Positions 1 to 14,779 of a stretch of DNA of 64,000 nucleotides are shown piece by piece. Position numbers and translations under genes: made by a program. Under the pieces are notes generated by a model that saw only the letters and a list, made by a program, of their open reading frames with translations, ran no database searches and was not told where the DNA came from. Location of the stretch: contig NGBS01000325.1 in the NCBI GenBank assembly GCA_002245135.1, positions 1 to 64,000 on the forward strand, read 5' to 3'. Positions within the stretch are counted from its first letter, which is position 1. Each line of letters begins with the position of its first letter. The stretch is from Proteromonas lacertae. Lineage: Eukaryota.

Positions 1-413
1 ATTTACATATTGTTAAAAGGTAAAATATTAGTTTATAGTGATCTATTGAATTATGATGATCCTTCTAGTTTTGATCCTGATAATTATTATGGACAATTAC
101 ACGTAAAGGAGCAATAATTGGAAATGTTGATGAATATGGAGATGTAGTTTGTAATAATGAAACTACAGTTGTTTCAAATGAAATTGTGAAGAATGAAAAA
201 GGAAATGGTGGTGGTATTCCACTTTCGAATAGTATTGATGATGGATCATGTTTGATGTTCTTTATATCACATGAATCTTTGAAGAAATTGAAAGAAGTTG
301 ATGTGAATTTGAGTCATGCAATATACAAATGGGAAAGGAAGATTAGAATAAAAAAATTAGATATGTTGAAGAAGAGGTTAATATCAGCAACAAAAGCGTT
401 TTTAGAAAACTAA
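1..413 (+). CDS. 3' end of an unidentified protein-coding gene (partial)
   Basis: Coding-like open frames run from the window edge to TAA at 411-413; no recognisable motif. Confidence 0.35.
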
Positions 414-490
414 ATATTTGTTAATGTTTATGATTTTTAAATTTCTTTTCATTTTGAAACGGATTATTTTTTTTGAACATTTTCATTCAA

Positions 491-1279
491 ATGGTTTTTT
501 TTCTTTAAAATAAGAGGTATAATCCATTATTTTAATTTTAGGTGGATACACTGTATATATGGGTAAAGATAAATACGAAAACGAGGAATTATTGAAATAT
601 GGATGGCCAGAAGACATATGGTATTGATAATAAGACTATTTATTAGGTTTCACGTTGATAATTACTCATCTGCACACGTTTATGTGAGGATGAATAAAGT
701 ATATTCACTTTTTCTAATGATTTAGGGAGAAACTATTGATGATCTACCCGATAATGTGATTGAAGATTGTTGCCAATTAGTAAAAGTATTTTTTATTTTG
801 AATAATCATATGAAATAGGCTAATTCTATAGAAGGCTGTAAACCACCATCTGTGAATGTAGTTTATACTCCATTTCCTCAATTTAAGAAAAGATGGTAGT
901 ATGGATGTTGGTCAAATAGGATTTCACAATGAAAAGAAAGAAAATTAATTAAAGTTGATAGAGATAACTCAATTGTAAAACGTATAATGAAAACAAAAGA
1001 GAAGAGTATACATAACATTTTATATTTTATTCATCTAATAGATTTCCAGACTTAAAACAGGAATGGATTGAAAGACAAAATGAAGATAAGAGAGAAGGAA
1101 GGCTCAATATATTAAACAGCAAGAACAAGAGAAGAAGGAGAGAGAAGAAGCTAGAAAACTAAAAGAATTATCAGAATATAAGACGTTAATGAAGAAACAA
1201 GATATGACATCCAATACTTCTTTCGAAAAAGTCAGTTGATAATAGTGCAGCTGTTAGTTATGAAGAAGATTTTATGTAA
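491..1279 (+). CDS. CCDC25: CCDC25/Jlp2-like (DUF814/NFACT-R) protein, multi-intron
   Basis: Spliced translation [49 protein letters not shown]...CCQLVKANSIEG...MDVGQIGFH...EEDFM*; short GT-AG introns. Missing from the ORF track. Confidence 0.92.
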
Positions 1280-1390
1280 ATGTAGTTATTTTTTGAATTT
1301 GAATTGTCTAATATTGTTTATTTTTGATTTGACCTAAAAAGAAGTGTAAATTACATTTGATTGGTAATTTTTATTTTTTTATCGTAACTC

Positions 1391-1961
1391 AATGCAGTTG
1401 AGGATATTTCTAGTTATAAGTGTTTTATGTGTTATTACATATAGTGTAGAAACAGACAGAAAAGAAACCGATGAAGGTATATTTTGTTTTTATTGATTTC
1501 TTTATTAGCTCTTTATAAGCCTATTAAAAGTGAAGGAGGAGGTATAAATTAATTATGTGAATATTCTAGGAGCAATTCAAGGCTGTACAAACTGTTACAT
1601 CATAAGTGATGAATGTAAACAATGTATAGAGGAAACATGCACTGTAGAAGATCCAGAAGTTGATGAAATGTCATGGGATCGGTAGAACTGAATGGGATAA
1701 AAACTCTACATGGTTTACTTTAGACAGACATAAGCTTTACTGTTGTCAAGATGAAGTGATCAAATTTCAGTTTTATCAAAAACCTTGTTATAGTCATCCA
1801 TACCCTAAAATATGTAAACAACATGAAAAGTATAATATTATTTAATCTAATTATTCAATTATAGAGATTGGGATACTTGTATTGAACATTTCTCTCAAGA
1901 GCAGTACTGTGCTACACAGTGTAGTGGGAAATACAAGAACAATAATATACCAAACCATTAG
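1391..1961 (+). CDS. Small secreted cysteine-rich protein
   Basis: Signal-like MQLRIFLVISVLCVITYS, three short introns, many Cys (CTNCYIISDECKQCIEETC, YCCQ, CATQC); one apparent indel near 1680. Confidence 0.6.
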
Positions 1962-2055
1962 TTAGCTTCTATATTAACATAATTTACATTTTTATGAAAT
2001 TACTATTGAGGGACTAATAAATATCAAATTGAGGTTTGAAATCTATTTTGAAAAA

Positions 2056-2812
2056 ATGTTGTTTTCATCTGCAGTTGATGGAGATGAAGCTAACAATGCT
2101 GATGTTTTAGTTAAGCATCTTATGAGGGAGGGAATAATAAAACATAAAGAGGTAGAAGAAGTGATGAAGAAGATTAAAAGGGAATACTTTGTCAGAGAGT
2201 GTGATAAATGTCAAGCTTATTGGGATATGCCTCTGAGTATTGGAAATAAACAAACAATATCTGCTCCGCATATGGTATTTTCTAATTATCGAAAAATAGC
2301 ATGCATATGCATTAGAATTTCTGTATGACAGTATTCATGAAGGATCAAAAGTATTAGATGTAGGATGTGGATCAGGATATTTAACTGCATGTTTAGGAGT
2401 GTTAGTATATTTTGAGATTTCAATGAAAATAGGTAGGAGAAACAGGAAAAGTATTTGGAATAGATCGAATACCAAATATTATAGAATTTGCAATGCATAA
2501 TATCAACCAATGTTGTCCGGAACTAATTGCAAATGGAAGAATCACAATAAAATGTATGTTCTAATTATTTATTATTTAGTAAATGATGGATATGAAGGTC
2601 TACCTTCTGAAGCACCTTTTGATACTATCCATGTTGGAGCTACAGCACAAGAAATACCAAAAGCATTAGAAGATCAGTTGAAAATAGGTGGTAGAATTGT
2701 TATTCCAGTTGGAGAATCATATATACTAGGAACTAAACAGGAAAATGGCGAAGTTTTGTATAAGAAGGTGTTGAATGTTGTTTTTGTTCCATTAGTTCAT
2801 GGACTTGTATGA
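2056..2812 (+). CDS. PCMT1: Protein-L-isoaspartate O-methyltransferase
   Basis: [59 protein letters not shown] across spliced exons. Confidence 0.93.
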
Positions 2813-2958
2813 TTTTTGTATTCTAATTTAATAATTATGTAGTGTATTTAATATTTTTGTTTAATTATATTAAGCAATTATCAATTCTGTATAATTTTAA
2901 GGAATCTTCTAGGAATTTTCTGAATCGTCATTCTAATATCTTTCTTTATTCACTCACA

Positions 2959-4067
<1,109 letters not shown>

Positions 4068-4257
4068 AGTTAATTCCTCACGACTGATTAAAATAAACAT
4101 TCTATAGAATTTATACGTAGTGTTTGTTGATTATTAATAATAACAAAATAAGCCTAAAATATCAAGATACTGAGTTATAATAGTTTTAAATATGTGGTGT
4201 GTCTAAAATAACTTCGCAAACACCCACCTGTTTTTCTTTTATTTTCTTTTTTCTGAA

Positions 4258-5446
4258 ATGAATGGAAGTCCAATAAAGGCAAATAGCCGACCACAAAGTG
4301 CAAAAATATATTCTGTATATTATGAAATGATTAATAATAGTATATTCACCATAAAGAACATTTTAAACAATATCATCGTCAACTAGCGAATCCAATACGT
4401 GATGGAGATGATAACTTTGTTCTGTCACCAAAACCTCCCAAAACATACAACCGTCCAAAATCTGCACAAATATCTCGGCCAAAATCAAGAACAATTCATG
4501 AAAAAGAGGAATCACCATTAAATTATATAAAGCAATTAAATGAAAATAAATCACCAATATATAGATATGAAGAAGATGAAGCATTTAAAGATCCTTTTAC
4601 TACTCTAACAGATGAAATTCCAATTGATCTAATAGATAATGAAAATAATGAAGTTGTATTAAGAGAATTCATGGTAAAAGAAAGAGAACACTATCATGAT
4701 ATAATAAGGAAAGAAAAATTAAATAATAATTCAGAAAAAGAAGTGCTTCAAAGAAAGAATAAAATGGAATTAGAATCATTGAGAATGAAATATGAAAAAT
4801 TATTGAATTTTTATTCAAAACAAAAAAGAAGAAATGTAATTTTATTATTTGTTTTATTTAAATAGGAAGTATATATGAATTTAGAAACTCAATTATCAGA
4901 GAAAGAAAAGAATATAACCAAAGATCACGAATATAAAAACAAAATCAATAAAATCAATAGATATAAATTGACCATAATAAATGGATTGCTTAATTCAGAT
5001 CCACTAGATGAAAAAGTATATAAATATTTTATTATATATTGATTTATTATTTATATTATAGTTACAAAAAGTAGAATTACATTATAACAATATGAATAGA
5101 AGATATAATGAGTTATGTCACAATATGGAATTGAGAATAAAAGAAGAAAATGACAATTTATTAATGTCAAAATCAACAAAACCAAATAACACAAAGAAAT
5201 ATGGTAAAAAACCTTTGGAACTATATGATCGATTAACTTCACCAACGAAAGTGTTTAATTTTGATTCCTTACCAGAATTAGATGAACAATTAGAAAGAAT
5301 AACAAAATTAGTGATAATATGGAAAACAATGAATGAAATAGAAAATGAATTATTGAATTCAGTTGAATGTGAAGTTTGTCATCATCGAATGAATGATGTT
5401 ATTATATTGAAATGTGGTCATAGTTGTTGTAGTAAATGTGGAGGTG

Positions 5447-5477
<31 letters not shown>

Positions 5478-5718
5478 AATAGAGAATGATTAATTTAAAG
5501 TTAAGATGTCCAATTGGTGGATGTAAGTTATTTAATAATGTTAATCCCACTGTAGTTCAAGCGATTAGAGATGGTAATATGAGTAATATATTTAAAACTC
5601 ATAATAAACTAAAGAAACAAGAACATACAGTATACATTATGATATTATTATTTTTAATAACGTTTAGATGGTAAAACAAATACAAAAGTATGTAAAAGAA
5701 TTAGAAAGAATAAAGTAA
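4258..5718 (+). CDS. Coiled-coil protein with C-terminal C3HC4 RING finger
   Basis: Coiled-coil exons followed by CEVCHHRMNDVIILKCGHSCCSKC|...RCPIGGC; several introns. Confidence 0.7.
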
Positions 5719-5807
5719 AATTGTAATTGTATTTTATAATAGTAAATATATATTATATGTGTTTTTATTTTTTAATTTATTTTATAACAACAATATAAAT
5801 TTATATT

Positions 5808-6872
5808 TTAATATTCAAAAGGTTTATTTCCAGCATCAAACTCTTCAGTATTATAAAACTCATCTCCATTTGTTGGATGTCTTCGATGAACTGGAGTAAA
5901 CATACTCTTCCATAATGCTTTGGCCATTACTCCTTGAGCTTTAGCATTGGGATGAAAACAATCTACTTTAGATATATAATCCACTGAATCTAACATAAAC
6001 CCTTCTGTCATTGGATGATAACTTAAAATAAACGAATCTGTACTTGGATGTCGATTTAATATTTGATGTAATAATTCATTGGACTTTCTAGATGCTTCAC
6101 TTATGCAATATCTTCCCTATAATTAATATTAATATTGTATTTGTATATACCAATGCATATCTTGCTAATGGACAAGACATTGTTAAAGCAACTGTATTCT
6201 GCAATATACATCTATTATCTGAATGACCTGTATCATAAACTTTTGATGGATCTAATATTCCCATCAGATTAACAAATGCTTTGGGGACTTTCTGTTGTAA
6301 TTCAAATAAAAATATATCCAAACCGTTGGTTATATTGTATACAAGTTCAGGTATATTTGATTCCATTGAAATATCACATAAATCATTACCTCCACTGAAT
6401 ACTGTGAATAATTTCCAAGTATTTTCATAATCAAAACCTGGAATCTTCTTCATTCTATCAATTGCATTCTCTAATTGCTTCATCAAATTATAAGTTCTAG
6501 AACCAGCTATTGCTACATTAAATCCTTCATCATCTTTCATTGGTTGAGTTCCTATATTTATTAAACTAAATTCATTCTATATAATACTAATAGTCCCTCC
6601 AACAACATTGGGATTATAACTCTTTATATAGTTGAAGATACTACTAACATTTTCATATCCACCTGAAGCGAATGAAACACCCTTATTAAAAATAAATAAA
6701 TATCCTATACTTTGCTATCAAATGCAGGAATCTGCTCTGAATGAGTTGCAGCAGTGATTGAGTCACCCATTGAGATTATAATTCCAATATCCTGTGGATA
6801 TACTTTAACTTTTGGTCTTTCATCAAATGCAAATGAAAAAACAATCAAGAATAAGAAGAATAAATATTTCAT
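5808..6872 (-). CDS. Secreted GDSL/SGNH phospholipase B-like lipase (copy 1)
   Basis: Signal peptide MKYLFFLFLIVFSFA; GDSITAA, FNVAIAGS, GGNDLC, DCFHPN blocks. Confidence 0.88.
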
Positions 6873-7427
6873 TTTAGAACACCATAACAAATTTATAAGT
6901 TTTTTTTTGACTTTGAAACGTTTTTTCTCAATAACTAAAATAAATTGGACGATAAAAATTTGCCACTATATGAGTTATGAGTTGGACTATATACTGGTGT
7001 AGTTAGTTTCAAAAATACGTGATTTTGGTCATTTCTTCTTTTTTAATTTTATATGTAAATTTTGATAACTCTAACCAAAATACATAACATGAAGAATTTT
7101 CTTTTAAATATTCTTTCTACGAGTTGCTAAAAATATATTTAAAGTGAGTAAAAGTAGGTAAAAATCCGAAAACCAAACACCTAAAAAATTAGTCAGAATC
7201 GAAAATCTCAAAATTCATATATTAATAGGAAGTCAAATAAATTAATATTAAGGAAACAGAATGTCTGGATATGCAGTTTACTTTTGGTATATATAGCTAA
7301 GTGTTATAAGAGAGGTAATTTAGATAGGTAATGTCAAAGTTGGTAATTTATATTTCATTTATAGAATGAATGCTATTCTATTGCAATTATGATTATTACA
7401 TAAAACACAAACAAAATTAATTAATTT

Positions 7428-8700
7428 ATAATATAATTTCTTCACCATCATATATTACACATATTCTTTGTAATCCAACCTATATAAATATAAGATAAAT
7501 AATTAATTATACTATTGCAAACATCTAATTCTAAAAAAAATTATAAAAAAAATAAAATATACTTAAGGTTTTTCCATCTACAACATAATAAAATAAATAA
7601 AATATACATTCTACTCAACTGAATCTAGTTCATTTGTTAATAGCATCACGCCTTCATCTTCAATTAAAATACTATTCAGTCGATAATCTATTGTAATATA
7701 AATATTATCACATATAAACATATACTTATGAATGAAGAACTTTTCAATACTCATCTTTTCTTCTTCTACTAATACTATTGTAATTCATTTACTTCCATCA
7801 CACCACATTATATATCCAATCACTTCATTTCAGTAACTTTGGATATACGGAATATTGATAACACTATAATTTACATTAATATATAAAATAATATTAATTA
7901 TTAGTATTATACATTCTTTTATGAACTAATATATTGGATAAATGATCAGTAAATTTCATTGTCTCACTGTGAACAACTGCTTTATACTGGAGCAGCAACT
8001 GGTGCACTACTACGAACTAATTCATTTTCTCCTTTCAATAAACGAGGTGAAATTGGTGACTTGATATAATGAAGTATTTAAATTCAAATTATTTAATTTT
8101 GTACTTCCATTAATATTACTATTACTTGGAGATTCTTTTAATGATTTTGTTTATATATTATTCACATTCTGTTTGTGTATCATCTAAATGGCTTATATAT
8201 TATGAAATATAAATACTGTTGGAGGAGGAGTTGGATTATAAATATGTTCATTCTCTTTATTCTCAATCTCATCAATAGATTTTGTTATTGAATATTTACT
8301 CTTTCTTTTCTGTTTTTGTTGAGAAAGGAATCTTGCGCTTTTACTCTTGGTTTCAATAATTCTTCATCTTTTAATGTAAATGTATTCCTGAATCTGCAGT
8401 CTCATTTCCATCCAATTGAAGTTCTTTAAGATTTGGCACTGAAAATAAACGGCTAATATGTATTTCTACACTTTCATATGTTGATTATCTAAATGAATAT
8501 AAAAATATTAAATTATACTTCTCAAATCTATCTTTTCTGTTTCTCTGAGTTTATTTAACCTTAATGAAGTGAAGGAGTTGCAAAAAAAGCAATACTGATG
8601 TCTAAAATATTCTTGTAATAACACATATACCATCAAACTAGCCCATATTCCTAAATCGAAGGTTATTCAATTACAATTTATAGAACTACCAAATACAAAT
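7428..8700 (-). CDS. Hypothetical multi-exon protein (boundaries approximate)
   Basis: Repeated minus-strand GT...AG introns separate coding-like segments (RSPISPRLLKGENELVRSSAPVAAP; LIEDEGVMLLTNELDSVE); no family recognised. Confidence 0.35.
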
Positions 8701-8739
8701 CAATTCTATAAAAAAAAGATTTAAAATAAGATTTGAAAG

Positions 8740-8780
8740 AAATGAAAGAAAGGAAAGAAAGGAAAGAAAGGAAAGAGGAA
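8740..8780. repeat. Purine tandem repeat (GAAAGGAAA)n
   Basis: gaaagaaaggaaagaaaggaaagaaaggaaag visible directly. Confidence 0.7.
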
Positions 8781-8892
8781 ATATTAATAATATAAATATA
8801 CTGCTTGAACTGCATAAAATAACAATAAAAAAAAATTAGATTCAAAATACGTTTATAGTTTGAGAATTTTATAGAATTTTCTAAAATCGAAA

Positions 8893-9654
8893 ATGAGTAT
8901 TTTAGAAAATATCGTAGCAGCATATCCTCTTGCTGAAACTGATTTGATTTTTTATAATAAAAATAATATATTATTCTATACCACAGGTAGTATAGGAATA
9001 GATTTCAAATCACATTTTAGAGCTACTATTAAATATGATATTTCAACACCAATAAATCAAATAATTAAAGAATATCCCGATAGCAATATATATTTCTTAA
9101 CTACTAATAATCAAATAGTTATTTCTTTGATGCACTACAGTGTATTCATAATAACCGAAAAATTAAATATTATATCAACTGATGTGATAAAAAAATACAT
9201 TATACAAAATATAAATGATAATGATGATTCATATTCCAATTTTTTATTTCTTTTAAACTTTTGTAGTATACATAAACAATTAAATTTTTATAAATTAATG
9301 GATATATACAACAAATATATATTAAAATATAAATACTTTAATATAAATATTAAAAATATAGTACAAATAATATGTAACTATATATTTAATATAACAATAA
9401 ATTTAGTATTATCCAATGATGTAGATATGAATATAATCTATTACCCTCAGCTTTACCCTTCCATAATCCCAAACATTTTAATAAATAATTATAATATAAT
9501 TTCAAATAAATATTACATCCAATCTCTATACCATTATATTTATTTATATACTCAAATATTCATCAATTTACCTCTTGTTGCTATTAATTTCAATCCATCT
9601 TCTAAACTCATTATTCCACTTACGTCTCCAGCTACATATTCACCTATACTATGA
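8893..9654 (+). CDS. Hypothetical 253-aa ORF whose 3' end is antisense to a PKS relic
   Basis: Long ATG-initiated ORF in very AT-rich DNA; the last ~35 codons overlap the antisense of a PKS acyltransferase motif. Confidence 0.35.
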   Translation: MSILENIVAAYPLAETDLIFYNKNNILFYTTGSIGIDFKSHFRATIKYDISTPINQIIKEYPDSNIYFLTTNNQIVISLMHYSVFIITEKLNIISTDVIKKYIIQNINDNDDSYSNFLFLLNFCSIHKQLNFYKLMDIYNKYILKYKYFNINIKNIVQIICNYIFNITINLVLSNDVDMNIIYYPQLYPSIIPNILINNYNIISNKYYIQSLYHYIYLYTQIFINLPLVAINFNPSSKLIIPLTSPATYSPIL

Positions 9655-10230
9655 ATACACACGAGGTTTCCATTCCGAAACTTAACCACATCTTATATAA
9701 ACTATATTCGATACTGAATAAACAGGGTTGAGTGTATAGTTCTAATAGATTTGGAGATAAATAGGAGGATAATATCTTATTACATTCATCCATATTTTCT
9801 TTAAATATTGGTTGAGTTTCATATAGTTCTCTAATATAACATAGGCATTTGTTCCACTAAATCCAAATGAACTTACACCAATACCAATACAATATTTATT
9901 ATCTGGTAATGGTAATGGTAAATGTTTTGTTGGAATAGCTATCTTTAAATCATGCAAGTTGAAGTGATGATTTTCTTATTCTCTAACATAAATATTGATT
10001 TAATCAAACTTACAATACCTGAAGCTGATTCTAAATGTGCAATATTTGTCTTTACAACCCCAACATTTAATGGACTATTATTGTGAAATGATTTGAGATT
10101 CAATATAACTTATATCACTTTCTGTTGGGCTAGGCCATTTGGAGCAGTTAAGCCACTATTTCGACCATCTTAATTAATAATATGCCATCTTTTGTATTGT
10201 TGGATAATCATATGGAATTGTGAAAAAAAC
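9550..10230 (-). pseudogene. Collapsed type I polyketide synthase relic (ACP end, KS, AT fragments)
   Basis: Minus strand, in order: PYDYPTIQKMA (ACP end), DGRNSGLTAPNGLAQQKVI*, PLNVGVVKTNIAHLESASGIVSLIKSI, GVSSFGFSGTNAYVILE (KS), QPCLFSIE and [31 protein letters not shown] (AT); stops and large gaps. Confidence 0.85.
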
Positions 10231-11690
10231 ACTATATTGGATAATTCTGATACAATATATATTTCCATATATTCAAAATACTACACCAATCTATATTATG
10301 CTTAACACCTAAATATATTACCATAAGGTTTATTTACTAACATTTACTAGTTATGTTTATAAATAATTGATTCGTTGTAAATCCACTTGTTATTATTACA
10401 TTTGTGGATTAAATGTTAAGAAACATATGCAACTGTCGAAATCCACTATCTACATCCATCACATATCTTCTTATTTCTATTGTAAAACCTCCAAATACTC
10501 TATCTTCACACCAATGTATTTGACCTATTATTATGATAGAAAATAAAAGTATAGCCATCATCATCTTTTTTAGGTAATTATGACATTACCAAATACATTT
10601 GTCTTTTGTATCACTTTTTCATTTTTTATTTATCCAATTATCTTCTTGTGTACATTATATTCAGTATAAATATTTTTGTATATCAATTTTAAATAATTTT
10701 TTTTACTTACAATTGCTTATGCTGAAGAGTTTTAATTACTATTTTTTTTCAATTTTATAATTATTATGATTATAACATTATTTAGCCTATATTCATGAAT
10801 TCAAGGATTAAATATGCATATTGCTGTGAATAAGATTTATTTACTTTCAGCATTCAAATGTACTTTTTGTACGTGATAGATACATGTTAGTTTGTTGTGT
10901 GATGTACCATATTTTGAATATTTTGTATGACTGCATATAATTAGTAACATTAAACTATTAAGATAGTGCATTTGAAAATAAGACTTAGTTCGAAGAACAT
11001 ATAATGGTTTTAAGTATGTATTACTTCTGAATATGTACATATGTTATGGAATATGCAGTTTAATTGTCTATATCATCTAAATTATAAATGCATCAAAAAT
11101 TAATTTTTGATTTATATAGCAAAATACAAACTATAACATGAACTCAATACTTATACAAAATATTAACTTTTGATTCAAACTTTATCATAACAAAAAAATG
11201 AAAAGAAAAAGGTGTTAAATTAAAAAAGTTTCAAGCCAGTTTGAGTGAAGTATGTAAGTCCTATTTAAATTCGAGTCAAACTTTCTTATAGTGAATTATA
11301 TTCTTTCTTTATGAAGGTTGTGTGTGTTTAATTTTGTTAAGAATATGTTTTGATGATGTAATATTGTTATATAAAGATGTCGCCAGTTGATTAATGTAAA
11401 AAGAAGAAAAGAATGTTCAGTAATTCAGTTAGTAATTGACATTTATAATAGTATATGTTTACATTTCATTTTTTCATCGCATTCAGTAATATAATTGTTA
11501 TTATGTATTTAATATACATAAATAATCTAAAACACATAAAAATGATCTGATTTATTGGTTGTATTATCATTTTCTTGCTTCATTCTATGACTATATCATT
11601 AAAAATACAATATATCATTCTATTTTCACTCCTTGATCATTATCACATTTAAAGAATTTTCTAGAAAATAATCCATTCAAATTCTAAACA

Positions 11691-12746
11691 ATGAAATATC
11701 TCTATTTATTCATTTGTCATGTTCTATTGGGTTTAGTTACAAGCTTTGAACTATATCCAAAGGATATAGGAGTAGTAATAGGAGTTGGTGATTCTGTAAC
11801 TGCAGCAACTCACACAGGTAAAGGTTTGCATGTTGATAGTCCTGTATGTAGTTTAATATAATATAGTAGAAATATTCATTTGTCACAGGAGGCAATAAAA
11901 ATTCGTCTTCTATTATAAACTATATCAAAAGAAAGAATCCAAATGTTCTAGGTGAATCAACTAGTATTTAATATAGATATAATTTTGATTAAAATAGAGG
12001 ATAAAGAGACTTACAACGATGATGGCTTATTCAATGTAGCTATTGCTGGTTCAATAACATCAAACTTAACATGGCAGCTTGATAATGCAATATATCGATT
12101 AAAAGACAAATTAGGAAATAATTATGAAACTACTTGGAAATTATTCACTCTTTTAAGTGGAGGTAATGATATATGCAGTTTAAAAGAAACAGATAAAGCT
12201 AAAAAATACGCTAAAGTAATGATAAAAGGAATTGAAGATGCTCTAGACAAAATTAGAGATGAAATCCCCAATAGTTATGTCAATCTATTAGGATTGTTAG
12301 ATCCATCACAAATATATGATGTTGTAACAAAAGATCAAATGTGTGCAACCATATCTCAATTTACACTGTCAATATCTTGCCCAATAGCTCAATCTCCAAA
12401 TGTATAATATATTTCAATAAATATTTATATTTAATAGGGAAGAAGCTTAATGAAAAGAACAGTAAAAGAGGCTAATAAGCTGTTACATGAAATGATTAAA
12501 AAATATGAGAGTAATGATTCATTTCTTTTTTCCTATCATCCTGTTACAGAGAATTTTATGATAAAATCAACAAAATATCTATCACAAGTTGATTGCTATC
12601 ACCCTAATAAGTATGCTCATACGAAAATGGCTAATGCGTTGTGGAAATCAATGTTTACAGAAAAAAGTGAAAGAAAACCCACAGAATGGAAGAATTGGAA
12701 GAATATTAAGAAATATGATGAAGGAGATCAACATTTTGTTATTTAA
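11691..12746 (+). CDS. Secreted GDSL/SGNH phospholipase B-like lipase (copy 2)
   Basis: Signal peptide; GDSVTAA, FNVAIAGS, GGNDIC, DCYHPN; paralog of 5808-6872. Confidence 0.88.
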
Positions 12747-12992
12747 GAATAGCAGTATATATATAATATATATAGAAACCATAAAAAAGAATATGAAAAT
12801 GGCTTAGAAAAGCTATTATTTTTTACAGTTTTAATTTTCTAACTCATTTTCTAACAAATATATTTTTTTACTTTTTAAAATGTTTATTATTTTCAACACA
12901 AAACAGAAAATTATATATAACAAAATCATTAAATTTATAAAATATATATATAAAAAGATATAACACAATTATATACACACAATTAAATTCTT

Positions 12993-14549
12993 TTAACAAA
13001 AAATCTGAGAACTCAATCTTCTCCTTGCAAACACTGTTTTAGGATCGCAATCTGCACTGAACATCTCATATCCACCCCAATTCATTGTATTCATAAACTT
13101 TGCTAAATCTTCACCATTATTAATAAAATCATAATCATTTTCACAACCATCAGAATAAGAATTGTCTTTATATATTTCATTTAAATATTCCACTACGTTT
13201 TTTGCTGTAACTGCTACACCCCATGGTATTTCATGATTGAATAATAATGAATCAGATAAGCAAAGATCTTCAATTCCTAAATAATTCTTCTTTATAAGAT
13301 CAGTATTATCTTTTATTTTGTCTAAATAAAACAATTTATCAAGTTGGTTATTCTCTTCGAATTTTTCTTTTAATTTAGGAGTGTATTTATTTAAATAAAT
13401 CATATATCCTTTTTTAGCATAATAATATAATTCATATATATAACTTGACGAATGGAAATTCCAATTATATATATTGATACTACACATTAATGATAAATGA
13501 GTTCGTGGAGTACAATAGATATCTTCACCATCGTATAATAATTTGGCACAATCAATTGGATATAGATATAAAAGAGATTCAAATGTTAAAAATCTATTAT
13601 TAATTATATATATATATATACGGTTTACATATGATATTAATTCTTCTATAATTATCTGATATAATTGAAATGATGGAATTTGATTGGAGAATTTCAAATT
13701 GACATGAATTCTTTTTACAGAATGTTGTTATGTATAATATTAAGTATTTAATCTTCTCTCTACAATATAATAAATATAAACAAAATAGTAAATATATATA
13801 CTTTGCTTTAACAAGATTCAAGCCAAATAAATAAAAATCAATAGAACTATTTGTCTGGTTAAAATAAAAATTCGCTAATTTTAATCCTTTATATTTTGTT
13901 GGATTTTCTACACCTATTAAACAGTTATAGACTGAATCACCCATTACGCATATATTATCCCAACTCAACTCAGTAAACATGGAATCTGAATATAAATTGA
14001 AATGTTTATAAAATGTTTCATTTACTGATATTGGAAGGATATTAGGACGTTTCATATCTTCATATAACAGCTTGTTTTCTTTGCCAATGCTCCATTTGGT
14101 GTTCATTTTGAAATAATCAACATACAGCGATATTGGAATAACTAATGGCTGTATATTGTGCTGATTCAATAAATGCGAGTTTGAATGTAGACTAGTCTGA
14201 TACATTTGTTCCAATATTAGATCTCTTTTTGTCAGATCATTTACTAACTCTTTAAAATCTTCATAATTCTCCATCTCTTCGTATATCTTGAAGTAAGTGA
14301 TAATAGAATTTACTCTAGATTCTGATTCTGAGTTCTTTGATTTTGAAGAATAATTATTACTAAAATTGTTCTTCCCAGAACAAGGAGAAAACCTATAAAA
14401 CAACAAATTCATCAGAATAAATAGATATACATAGATGACTCTTCATCACTGTCATCACTTCCTTGGCTCTGCCTAACATGTTGTTTTTCTTTCTTAAATG
14501 TGTTTTTCAGAGGTTTTGTGGCGTTCCTATAAGGTACAGAGTAATTCAT
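12993..14549 (-). CDS. Divergent member of an uncharacterised nucleotidyltransferase-like family
   Basis: WDNICVMGDSVYNCL, SSIDFYLFGL, IDCAKLLYDGEDIYCTPR, SSSYIYELYYYAKKGY resemble a GGS/DID-type family I recall from fungi, amoebae and giant viruses; catalytic-type residues look altered. Confidence 0.55.
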
Positions 14550-14779
14550 ATCTTACTTGGCAAATTCATCGTTATTTTTAATCAGTACATTTCTAATAAA
14601 TTTTGTTTCTTGTCCTAGAGTTTTTGTAATCTTTCCTACCAGCATTTAAATTAAAAACACTATTTTTAAGAATATTGGGTTATTATTTTTGGATAAAATA
14701 GGGGATTTTATGGGATGGATTTTAAAACACAAGTTTTTCTTCATTAACACAATTTAGTAGTTTATAAAATTAAATAAAC

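Noticed and set aside
7261..7403. Possible micro-exon gene starting ATGTCTGGATATGCA
   Set aside because: Splice-like sites are present but I could not build a convincing reading frame or recognise a product.
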